This document shows positions 9,128 to 16,921 of a DNA stretch of 27,860 bases, piece by piece. Within the stretch, counting starts at the first letter, position 1, and each line of letters opens with the position of its first letter. Source of the DNA: a virus (lineage: Duplodnaviria > Caudoviricetes); IMG/VR virus record IMGVR_UViG_3300037424_002918, positions 1 through 27,860 of that record; one strand, 5' to 3'. The translations under genes and the position numbers were made by a program. Under the pieces are notes generated by a model that worked only from the letters and a program-made list of their open reading frames with translations, was not told the origin of the DNA and did no database searches.

Positions 9128-10307
9128 TTGAGAATGTCTCCTTATTCACATCAAGGATCTGAACATTGGCAGCCGTTTCATCTCCCAGACTGCCATCGAT
9201 GCTGGCGTCCTGATAAGTTCTGTCCTTGATGCGATGTGAGATCACAATCTGGTCAAATACCAGGAACTGATCGACCGAAACATTGACATCCTGCCTGGGC
9301 GAATTAACCTTCAGATTGTAAACACCGGACACATCCATGATTTCATTGATCAGACGCGCAATTCTTAATCCCTCACCTAACTGCAGCCGACCTGAATAAT
9401 TATTGACTGCTTCACGAACTTTAGAATCAACCGTTTCTTGCGATGCATTCACATAGCGGATCACTTCCAGATCGAGGTCGATTGACCTGATTTCAGGCGC
9501 CAAAATTCTGACGTCGGCTGTCAACGGCTTGCGCGCTTTGATGCAGTGATGCACTTCATTGATCAGCTCCGCCGATGGAACGCCGTTCTCCCCCAGTATC
9601 ACCACTCCGACCGTACCTGGACCGAAGGGAAAATCATCCAGCACCGATGCTGCAACCACTCCCTGCACCGACAACGCCCAATTGCGATAAGCCTCGCGCG
9701 TGCCACCCAGTCCGAGTGTCTCCCATTTGCCAATGGCGCGTTCACGGAGTTGTTCATCGGATTCGGGATCGCTTCCTTCCTGGATCAGATAACCGGCGCT
9801 GTTGGTTACCGCATTTATTCCGGTCACTCGGGTGACCATCCGCGTAATCGTATCCTGCCCGACGTTCCAGGCTTTACCCGCTAACTCCGCTTCGGCGATC
9901 ACCTGGACAATGGTTTGATCTTCTTCAAGAACCGCTTCTGCAATGGTTATAAACCGGTAATCGTTGCCACTCGCATCCTTCTGTGATTTACAGATCGTAC
10001 CAACTGGGATGGATATATTCTGAGCTGCAGGTGTATTGCTTCTGAATGTCAGATTTACTTTCGCCTTGACCGCCTGTCTGCGGACGAGCCCCATTTCCCT
10101 CACCTTCAGATCGAGCCAGAAACCGGTTGCTGTCTGTACGAACGATTGCTGCATCACCGTCTTCACCAGTCCATATAGATCGGCAATCACTTTAGCGATC
10201 ACCTCCAACAGACCACGAATCGCAGCCGATGGGTTCAGATTGGTGAAGGGAGTGCGTACAACCAGTTCGGACATCAGATCGTCCAGGACTTCGTTAAAGG
10301 ATTTCAT
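9120..10307 (-). CDS. Baseplate J/gp47 family protein
   Basis: TATGFWLD, G.DPESDEQLRERA, GT..AY..WALSV.GV and GPGTVGV motifs. ATG 10307 is the likely native start; an in-frame GTG lies at 10313. Confidence 0.92.
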   Translation of the reverse strand: MKSFNEVLDDLMSELVVRTPFTNLNPSAAIRGLLEVIAKVIADLYGLVKTVMQQSFVQTATGFWLDLKVREMGLVRRQAVKAKVNLTFRSNTPAAQNISIPVGTICKSQKDASGNDYRFITIAEAVLEEDQTIVQVIAEAELAGKAWNVGQDTITRMVTRVTGINAVTNSAGYLIQEGSDPESDEQLRERAIGKWETLGLGGTREAYRNWALSVQGVVAASVLDDFPFGPGTVGVVILGENGVPSAELINEVHHCIKARKPLTADVRILAPEIRSIDLDLEVIRYVNASQETVDSKVREAVNNYSGRLQLGEGLRIARLINEIMDVSGVYNLKVNSPRQDVNVSVDQFLVFDQIVISHRIKDRTYQDASIDGSLGDETAANVQILDVNKETFSIE

Positions 10308-10315
10308 CTTCACTA

Positions 10316-10639
10316 TCAAATACCTTTCATTGCGACGATGAGCGGGAAACTTTTCAGGTTACTCATCCTTTCCATCCCCTTTTTGGAAAGACATTTGTTC
10401 TGATATCCCATCATCGCGCATGGGACGAGGATCGCGTGTTTTACTATAACCAGCGTGAGAAACTCTGTTCACTTCCCGCCCAATGGACAAGTGTTCTATC
10501 ACCAGAACCATTCGTTTTTGTAGCACGTGGGCGGTCACCTTTTCGTCTTGTTGATCTCTTGGAGTTATCTCGCTTACTACAGTCAATATCTGAAGGGGCA
10601 GATGCTCACAAAGCGAAACTTGACGCCGAGGATGTGTAA
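10316..10639 (+). CDS. DUF5372 (Y4bD/Y4pK)-like small protein; the conserved N-terminus has no start codon in the integrated state
   Basis: The frame is open from the left junction: SNTFHCDDERETFQVTHPFHPLFGK...SLPAQWTSV..P...GRSPFRLVDLLEL. The first GTG (10436) lies downstream of the THPFHPL motif. Family name is from recall. Confidence 0.65.
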   Translation, partial: SNTFHCDDERETFQVTHPFHPLFGKTFVLISHHRAWDEDRVFYYNQREKLCSLPAQWTSVLSPEPFVFVARGRSPFRLVDLLELSRLLQSISEGADAHKAKLDAEDV

Positions 10640-10679
10640 AGTGATTTATGCCGTAAGTGTAAAGTCTATTACGCCGTAT
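10634..10679 (+). repeat. Tandem 23-bp imperfect direct repeats, putative protein-binding sites
   Basis: GTGTAAAGTGATTTATGCCGTAA and GTGTAAAGTCTATTACGCCGTAT (18/23 identical); an inverted relative lies at 10781-10800. Confidence 0.65.
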
Positions 10680-10761
10680 AAGGTTCCAGCTCACTACATT
10701 ATGTCCCTTGATATATTGCTTGTTAATCATAGGTCTATTGGATATTTTCCTGGCAAAGGGG

Positions 10762-10791
10762 TTGACAATGCGTCATTGAAAGGCGTATATT
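10762..10791 (+). promoter_or_regulatory. Sigma70-type promoter for the HTH-recombinase operon
   Basis: TTGACA-18 nt-TATATT, about 40 nt upstream of the GGAG-preceded ATG at 10831. Confidence 0.65.
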
Positions 10792-10830
10792 ACTTAACAC
10801 ATAGTTGCAACATTGAACCTGGAGATGACA

Positions 10831-11301
10831 ATGATCCCGATAAAGACACCCGATCCCAAGCTGGAAGCATTGGTCAAGCAGCGGACACTCAATCCCAAGC
10901 CAGACTCGGTGAAGGCACCACTCTTTCAAGACAGCGACTTCTTCGATCCTCGCGACTTGATGCAGGTGAAGTACGAAATGCTGCGCCATGCCAAACAGGT
11001 TGGGAGTTCGGTCAAAGAAACAGCAGCATCCTTTGGTTTTTCTCGCGTCGCGTTCTATCAGATACGCCGAGAGTTCGAACAAAATGGACTGACGGGGCTT
11101 CTCCCGCGCTGCCGAGGTCCAAAGACCGCACACAAACTCACCGACGAAATCATGGATTTCATAAAACAAGCTCTCATCCAAGATTTTTCTTTGAAAACAC
11201 TCACTTTGGTGGAAATTGTCAAGGAGCGATTTGGGATAACCGTTCATCGACGCAGCATCGAACGAGCGCTGGCGCGACAGCAAAAAAAACTGCCTGCCTA
11301 A
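10831..11301 (+). CDS. Helix-turn-helix protein of the element
   Basis: FFDPRDLMQVKYEMLR, HTH SVKETAASFGFSRVAFYQ, GLLP..RGPK..HKLT, second HTH VHRRSIERAL; GGAG SD. Confidence 0.85.
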   Translation: MIPIKTPDPKLEALVKQRTLNPKPDSVKAPLFQDSDFFDPRDLMQVKYEMLRHAKQVGSSVKETAASFGFSRVAFYQIRREFEQNGLTGLLPRCRGPKTAHKLTDEIMDFIKQALIQDFSLKTLTLVEIVKERFGITVHRRSIERALARQQKKLPA

Positions 11302-11348
11302 CCTTGGATACTGCTCGGACATCAGTATCGTTCGCTGGACGTAGTCTG

Positions 11349-11597
11349 ATGGATGGCTACGAGGCATTGCGTAACCGGGCTATGCACAACGATGGCTCTT
11401 CTGGGGGGCTGTCATTATTCCTCACCCGCGGGATGGCTGTCTGGATGCGGGTCTGGAAAGAGCATGAACCGTCAAGAACGCGAGTGTTATCCACTAATGC
11501 AGACAAGGTGCAGGTGATGTTGCCAATTGATTTGCAGGATGATCTCGTGTCAGCACTCGTTGGTTTGGCAATAAACGTTCGAAAGGAAAGCAGATGA
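11349..11597 (+). CDS. Small element protein, possibly made as a -1 frameshift fusion to the HTH protein
   Basis: YEALR...GLSLFLTRGMAVWMRVW. Its stop overlaps the recombinase start (ATGA) and the frame is open back through the A8 run at 11282-11289. Confidence 0.65.
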   Translation: MDGYEALRNRAMHNDGSSGGLSLFLTRGMAVWMRVWKEHEPSRTRVLSTNADKVQVMLPIDLQDDLVSALVGLAINVRKESR

Positions 11598-13687
11598 TGA
11601 TAGATACAAACTCCAAAGTGACTTCTTTGCACCTCAAGCGGGATGCCTATTTGTATATCAGGCAATCCACGTTGCGACAAGTATTCGAGAATCAGGAAAG
11701 CACCAAACGTCAATATGCATTGCGCAATCGCGCCATTGCACTGGGTTGGTCTGACGACCAGTTGCAAGTCATCGACTCTGACCTCGGACATTCCGGGGCA
11801 TCTTCGGTCGATCGTGAAGGCTTCCAGAAACTGGTTGCTGAAGTTAGCATGGGACGAGCAGGGATCGTAATCGGCTTGGAGGTTTCGCGACTTGCGCGCA
11901 ACAACACCGACTGGCACCGACTGCTGGAAATCTGCGCCCTGTCCGACACTTTGATTCTCGACGAAGACGGATTTTACAATCCCAACGACTTTAATGATCG
12001 ATTGTTGTTGGGTTTGAAAGGCACGATGAGCGAAGCCGAACTGCATTTCATGCGTGCTCGACTGCGTGGCGGCGTACTGAGCAAGGCGCAACGGGGAGAA
12101 TTTCGCAGCAGACTGCCAACGGGATTTATATATGACGACCAGGGTAACGTTCAGCTGCATCCTGATAAACAGGTGAGGCAGGCAATTGCTCTCCTCTTTG
12201 CGACTTATCGCCGAACCGGTTCGGGATCGGCTACAGTAAAATTTTTCCGCGAACAGAATTTTCTTTTCCCACGGCGGGTGTATTCTAAACTCGATAAAAA
12301 TGAACATTATTGGAAGCCTCTTACTCATAACCTGGTTTTGTGGCTTTTGCATAATCCCCGCTATGCCGGTGCATACTTCTATGGGCGAACTCGCTACTCC
12401 AGGTGTATCGACGGAGGTAGTTCGACCAAAAAACTGCCCCGCGACGAGTGGCATACCTTGATTCCTGACGCGCATGACGGCTATATTACCTGGGAGGAAT
12501 ACGAAAACAATCAACGACAGCTTCTTGCATCCGCCCAAGCGTATGGATTGGATCGACGCAAAAGTCCACCACGCGAAGGACCAGCGTTGCTTCAGGGAAT
12601 TGTGGTCTGCGGCGTTTGTGGGAAGAGGATGAGCGTTAAGTATCGCTCGCGCGGAGACAAAACCATTCCGCTCTACAGGTGCGAGCGCGATGCTATACAA
12701 TACAGCAGTCAGGCTTGCCAGAGCATATTGGGAGATGAAATTGACATGGAAGTAAGTCGTCTTCTGTTGGAGACAATTACTCCATTGGCAATGGAAGCTG
12801 CTCTGGCTGTGCAGCAAGAACTTTCCGCTCGGTTGAATGAAACTGACCGACTCCGTATGCAACAGGTTGAGCGAGTGCGCCATGAAGCGGATCTCGCAAG
12901 ACGAAGATACATGCTGGTTGACCCAGATAACCGTCTGGTGGCCGATACGCTCGAAGCCGATTGGAACGAGAAACTTCGTGCGCTTCGTGATGCGAAGGAT
13001 GCTTGCGAGAAACGGCGCATTGAAGATCAGATACAAGTGAACGAAGAAGTGTGTAGTCGAGTTAAAGCGTTGACGACCGATTTCCCGCGACTTTGGAATG
13101 ATCCAAACACCTCGGACCGCGACCGCAAGCGGATTGTTCGGTTGTTGATCAATGATGTCACACTGGTCAGGGAGGACAATATTATTGTGCACGTTCGATT
13201 CAAGGGCGGCACAACAACCACCTTGACGTTGCACAAACCAAAGCAAGTTCAAGAGAAGTACCGTACGCTGCCTGAGGTGATAGAACAGATTAGTGACCTT
13301 GCAAAACAACACACGGATGGACAGATAGCGAAAATTCTCAATGAGCGCGGACACCGCTCGGGGAGAGGGTGTGCGTTCAATCCTAATATTATAAAGAATC
13401 TTCGCCAGCGTTACGATGTTAAAAGTTATTATGAGCATCTGCGTGAATCCGGAATGCTTAATGCAATAGAAATGGCAGCTCGTTTGGGAACTTGCCGCGA
13501 AACAGTTTGGGCATGGAGATCGGCAGGGCTGTTGAAGGCACATATTGCAAATGAAAAGAATGAATACCTTTTTGAGCCGCCGGGCATAAACTCACCTGTC
13601 AAACATTCGGGCAAGAAACTTTCCAAATATCTCCAGGATGCGGAGTTTTCATCCAATCCAATCATTAGGGAGCAGTATGAAGTATAG
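11594..13687 (+). CDS. Large serine recombinase (resolvase, recombinase, Zn-ribbon, coiled coil, extra C-terminal HTH)
   Basis: Catalytic AYLYIRQS, DLGHSG, VSRLARN, LHNPRYAG, CGVCG..YRC..C, and C-terminal LNAIEMAARLGTCRETVWAWRSAGLL. Confidence 0.95.
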   Translation: MMIDTNSKVTSLHLKRDAYLYIRQSTLRQVFENQESTKRQYALRNRAIALGWSDDQLQVIDSDLGHSGASSVDREGFQKLVAEVSMGRAGIVIGLEVSRLARNNTDWHRLLEICALSDTLILDEDGFYNPNDFNDRLLLGLKGTMSEAELHFMRARLRGGVLSKAQRGEFRSRLPTGFIYDDQGNVQLHPDKQVRQAIALLFATYRRTGSGSATVKFFREQNFLFPRRVYSKLDKNEHYWKPLTHNLVLWLLHNPRYAGAYFYGRTRYSRCIDGGSSTKKLPRDEWHTLIPDAHDGYITWEEYENNQRQLLASAQAYGLDRRKSPPREGPALLQGIVVCGVCGKRMSVKYRSRGDKTIPLYRCERDAIQYSSQACQSILGDEIDMEVSRLLLETITPLAMEAALAVQQELSARLNETDRLRMQQVERVRHEADLARRRYMLVDPDNRLVADTLEADWNEKLRALRDAKDACEKRRIEDQIQVNEEVCSRVKALTTDFPRLWNDPNTSDRDRKRIVRLLINDVTLVREDNIIVHVRFKGGTTTTLTLHKPKQVQEKYRTLPEVIEQISDLAKQHTDGQIAKILNERGHRSGRGCAFNPNIIKNLRQRYDVKSYYEHLRESGMLNAIEMAARLGTCRETVWAWRSAGLLKAHIANEKNEYLFEPPGINSPVKHSGKKLSKYLQDAEFSSNPIIREQYEV

Positions 13688-13694
13688 TCCTTGA

Positions 13695-14117
13695 TCATGA
13701 CTGGATTACAGCCTCCGTATCGTTCACACCGAATCCCCAGACGATTGATTCGGAATTTCTCCCGTTTACCGGTCTAAAATTGATCTCGAACCTCTTTTCT
13801 TCAGTGTCAAACACCAACGGCTTAATCGAGATCGAGATGTCCTCAATGCGTGGTTCTGCTTCGAGTGCATAACGCAAATAGCGGATCGCTATTGCCCGGT
13901 TCAGAGGCGTATCAGGCGCGCCGAGCAACCTGCCAATACCGCATCCCCAAACCGAGTGAGCGAACAGGTCGCCTGGTAAAGTCTCCAATCGATCCCGGAT
14001 ATCCTGCAGCAGGCAGTTGCTACCCTGCACACTCAGCAGGTCACCGGTTGAACTGACGACAAGATCGCCATCCTCATCGAAGAGGATATCGTTTCCTAGA
14101 TAATCTTCCCGTATCAT
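13695..14117 (-). CDS. Baseplate wedge protein (gp25/gpW-like)
   Basis: GDL..V.G..CLLQDIRDRLET..G.LF.H..WG and AL..EPRI motifs; ATG 14117 overlaps the upstream stop (ATGA). Confidence 0.85.
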   Translation of the reverse strand: MIREDYLGNDILFDEDGDLVVSSTGDLLSVQGSNCLLQDIRDRLETLPGDLFAHSVWGCGIGRLLGAPDTPLNRAIAIRYLRYALEAEPRIEDISISIKPLVFDTEEKRFEINFRPVNGRNSESIVWGFGVNDTEAVIQS

Positions 14118-14320
14118 TTGACCTCGCATTCGATTGGATTTGGATTGGGAACACCCAATGCCGGAGCGCCACCTCCGCCGGTCACCTGAGTGATCACCTG
14201 TGATACAGGAATCTTCACTTCGAGGTTATCGACAATTGCCTTGGCTAGCTTTTCACAAAATGCATCGATGTTGTCGATGTTCTGGATGGCGGCTTTAAGA
14301 GTTTCTCCGGTTAATGCCAT
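14114..14320 (-). CDS. Small baseplate-region hypothetical protein
   Basis: 68 aa with AGGA SD, coupled to the gp25-like gene. Confidence 0.7.
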   Translation of the reverse strand: MALTGETLKAAIQNIDNIDAFCEKLAKAIVDNLEVKIPVSQVITQVTGGGGAPALGVPNPNPIECEVK

Positions 14321-14337
14321 AGAATTATCCTGTTCTC

Positions 14338-14416
14338 ATCCATTTTCTCATCCAATTATATCCATTTAGCTTGACTTTCCCCTCATAATTGGATATAATT
14401 GGATGAGTAAATGGAT
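14338..14416 (+). promoter_or_regulatory. fic promoter framed by a 27-bp inverted repeat
   Basis: TTGACT (14371-14376)-17 nt-TATAAT (14394-14399); arms 14338-14364 and 14390-14416 are complementary at 26/27 positions. Confidence 0.85.
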
Positions 14417-15457
14417 ATCCAAAAATGGAAAACTATGAAAAACAAGCTTCTAAAGCAGATCGCCGAGATTGACGAGTTTAAAGGTTTCTGGAAGGGCTTA
14501 AGCTCCTTTCCCATCGAAACTCTTTCAAAACTGCGTGTTCTCGCCACGATCGAATCTATTGGTTCTTCTACTCGCATCGAAGGAGCGAAGCTCTCTGACC
14601 GCGAAGTAGACGCGCTACTGTCAGGTCTCATGCCATCCTCATTTCGCAACCGGGACGAGGAAGAAGTTGCGGGATATGCTGATGTCATGAAACTGATTCA
14701 TGAGTCCTACAACGACATTGATCTTACAGAAAACAACATCAAGTACCTTCACAAGGTGCTCTTGAATCATTCGTCCAAGGATCAGTGGCATATCGGGAAT
14801 TACAAGAAACAACCCAATCATGTTGCTGCCTTTGACGAAACAGGCAGACAGATCGGTATCGTTTTTGAGACCACTTCGCCTGCAGACACTCCGCGCGAAA
14901 TGGAATCTCTTGTTTCGAATACAACAAAGCTTCTGAAAGAAGGTGAACTCCATCCTCTACTCATTATTGCTGATTTCATTCTTCACTTTCTGGCAATCCA
15001 TCCATTCCAGGACGGCAACGGTCGTTTGTCGCGTATTCTGACCAATCTTCTACTCCTGAGATTCGGCTACGAATACGTCCAATACAGCTCACTGGAGCGG
15101 GTGGTTGAAGCCAACAAAGAGCAATATTATTCATCCCTGCGAACCTCGCAGAATGCGCTTAAAGTGCCAGAAGCTGATACAAGCGTCTGGACTGAATTCT
15201 TCCTCGAAATGCTCAAGAAGCAGAAAGATCTCCTCGCCCAAAAAATCGAGAGAGAACGCAAGATGTCAGTCCGTTCCAAATTGTCCAATGAAATCTTGAG
15301 TTATACCGAAGAACAGGGACGTGTCACTGTAGCCGGGCTCGCTCAGGCTCTTGACACCAACCGCAATACCATTAAGACTCATCTGCAAAAACTCGTCGAT
15401 GAAGGTTTGTTAGCTTTGCATGGTAAAGGACGCGGTTCTTACTACACACCCCAATGA
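14411..15457 (+). CDS. fic: Fic family AMP-transferase with an N-terminal inhibitory motif and C-terminal winged HTH
   Basis: Canonical HPFQDGNGRLSR; STRIEG matches (S/T)xxxE(G/N); C-terminal VTVAGLAQALDTNRNTIKTHLQKLVDEGLL..HGKGRGSYY. Alternative start at 14435. Confidence 0.95.
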   Translation: MDIQKWKTMKNKLLKQIAEIDEFKGFWKGLSSFPIETLSKLRVLATIESIGSSTRIEGAKLSDREVDALLSGLMPSSFRNRDEEEVAGYADVMKLIHESYNDIDLTENNIKYLHKVLLNHSSKDQWHIGNYKKQPNHVAAFDETGRQIGIVFETTSPADTPREMESLVSNTTKLLKEGELHPLLIIADFILHFLAIHPFQDGNGRLSRILTNLLLLRFGYEYVQYSSLERVVEANKEQYYSSLRTSQNALKVPEADTSVWTEFFLEMLKKQKDLLAQKIERERKMSVRSKLSNEILSYTEEQGRVTVAGLAQALDTNRNTIKTHLQKLVDEGLLALHGKGRGSYYTPQ

Positions 15458-16009
15458 TCATTTTTTCGCCTTAACGGTTGCCGAACAGGGGATCGGAGCG
15501 CCGGTAACAAAGCATGCTGGTAAAGTTCCCTGCGGACCGCCGGTAATGATCCCCGCACCATTCTCTCCCAGATCGATGTTGCCACTCGCAGTCACCTTGC
15601 AATTCTCACATGTAATCTCAATGTCTTTATCCGTCTGCAGCTCAATCTTCCCTTCCTGGTCGATCCTGATCCTCGCCTTTTCCGCTTCGATCAGCAGCAA
15701 GCCATCAGGTCCCTGATCGGGAATGAAACCTTGGATGTAGGCCAGAGTATGATCTCCATTCTCGAAACCGACCATGACCACGTCGTCCACCTTTGGTAAA
15801 ACCACAATCCGCATTGAGTCGGTCGCCCAGATCGAGAGTATCCGACACTTGGGCAGAAGCGACATGGAAGGATCTTCCGGTTGCACGTCGCAGGTGTAAT
15901 CCTTGATGTTTACTTCGACCACCTTGCCCTCGACCGGAAACCGCATATAGGCGGATAGATCTGGTCTGATCATCTCTATTATCTTTCTAAGCTTATGCAG
16001 CATGCTCAT
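15458..16009 (-). CDS. Baseplate spike (gpV/gp45-like)
   Basis: OB-fold-like N-terminus with LPKVDDVVMVGFENGD, short beta repeats and a tip-like CFVTGAP; follows the hub gene. Confidence 0.8.
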   Translation of the reverse strand: MSMLHKLRKIIEMIRPDLSAYMRFPVEGKVVEVNIKDYTCDVQPEDPSMSLLPKCRILSIWATDSMRIVVLPKVDDVVMVGFENGDHTLAYIQGFIPDQGPDGLLLIEAEKARIRIDQEGKIELQTDKDIEITCENCKVTASGNIDLGENGAGIITGGPQGTLPACFVTGAPIPCSATVKAKK

Positions 16010-16763
16010 GCCATATCTTTGTCCTGCCTCCGCCTTCCCATATGTATTCGATCTTCACCACAAATTGTCTTTCACTCTCGACTTCGATGATCTCGCTGTG
16101 TCTGACCGGCGTCACTAATGTTTCCAGAAATGATAGTTTGCCTGAACTGACATCCTGCCGGATAATATTGACGCCCATCCTGAAAGCCTCTACCGATGAT
16201 CCTGATGAATCCTTCTTTCCCCAATGAAACAACCCTTCCCTGATATAATCATAGTATTGCTCTCCCGATTCCTGTCTTACGATCTCAGTAACCGCATCAA
16301 TGCATTCTCGCGCTGTCCTGTCGAAGAACGGCAAGCGATCAATTTCCAATTGGCAATCCTCGACGTCTAATCCCAATCCTGTATCCGACAAAACTGCCCG
16401 GATAATACCTGAGGCTGTCTCGTCCTCAAATGTCATCTGAACACGATTGCTGTTAAGGATTGTATTGTAATCGATCCCACGAATGATCACCGGATCGTCC
16501 ATGCCGACTGACCTTACAACTCCTCTGAATATCTCAGTTAATCCTTCCTCGGCATATCCCCATTTGATAATCAGCGGATCGCCTCTCTTAACCGATCCCG
16601 TGAAGAAGCGGCGATAATCGGCGAGTTCCAGGACGCAGGTATCTGCCTTTTCCGGAAGACTCGAGGCGACATTGAAGCGCGCCACGACCCTACCAACCGG
16701 AGTCCCGGCAAGGGTCACATCAATCACCGGTGACAAGTGATAAGCTCTTTCATTCCAAACCAT
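15993..16763 (-). CDS. Baseplate hub (gpD/XkdQ-like)
   Basis: ADTCVLEL, GDPLIIKWGY..EIFRGVV, TASGIIRAV; lies between tape measure and spike. Confidence 0.8.
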   Translation of the reverse strand: MVWNERAYHLSPVIDVTLAGTPVGRVVARFNVASSLPEKADTCVLELADYRRFFTGSVKRGDPLIIKWGYAEEGLTEIFRGVVRSVGMDDPVIIRGIDYNTILNSNRVQMTFEDETASGIIRAVLSDTGLGLDVEDCQLEIDRLPFFDRTARECIDAVTEIVRQESGEQYYDYIREGLFHWGKKDSSGSSVEAFRMGVNIIRQDVSSGKLSFLETLVTPVRHSEIIEVESERQFVVKIEYIWEGGGRTKIWHEHAA

Positions 16764-16921
16764 GTTAAGTCTCGACTTACTCAGTAGTTACAACTTTGTA
16801 AAACATTAAATAATAATGAGTTAATCATCAAACTTGCCTTGACTTTCGTGGGTGTCGACTGCACCTTGTGCGTGAACATTAAAACGTGTCATACCAACAA
16901 GATAGGAGAAGATAAGGTTCG

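Larger units (their letters stand above)
10316..13689 (+). mobile_element. Four-ORF large-serine-recombinase element, 3,372 bp counting one TC core
   Basis: Opposite-strand block splitting the normally adjacent gp25-like and J genes. TC at both junctions. Removing it restores AAGGA-8 nt-ATG for J. The joined ends form an imperfect palindrome centred on TC. Confidence 0.85.

Noticed and set aside
10308-10319. TTG start of J at 10319 given by the ORF track
   Set aside because: The codon lies at the element junction; the native start is ATG 10307.
10527-11597. 356-aa plus-strand ORF as a single gene
   Set aside because: It runs through the promoter and overlaps the HTH gene out of frame; only the part after the A8 run looks coding.
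11357-13543. 728-aa antisense ORF as a functional protein
   Set aside because: Codon-aligned shadow of the recombinase with no motifs or clear RBS; kept only as a pattern-level finding.
1637-13687. Recombinase acting as a tail-fibre invertase or shufflon
   Set aside because: No inverted crossover sites or inverted fibre cassettes were seen; the enzyme is an integrase-type protein inside its own element.
16839-16868. TTGACT as the -35 box of the amidoligase promoter
   Set aside because: No convincing -10 box at 16-18 nt, so it was not called.
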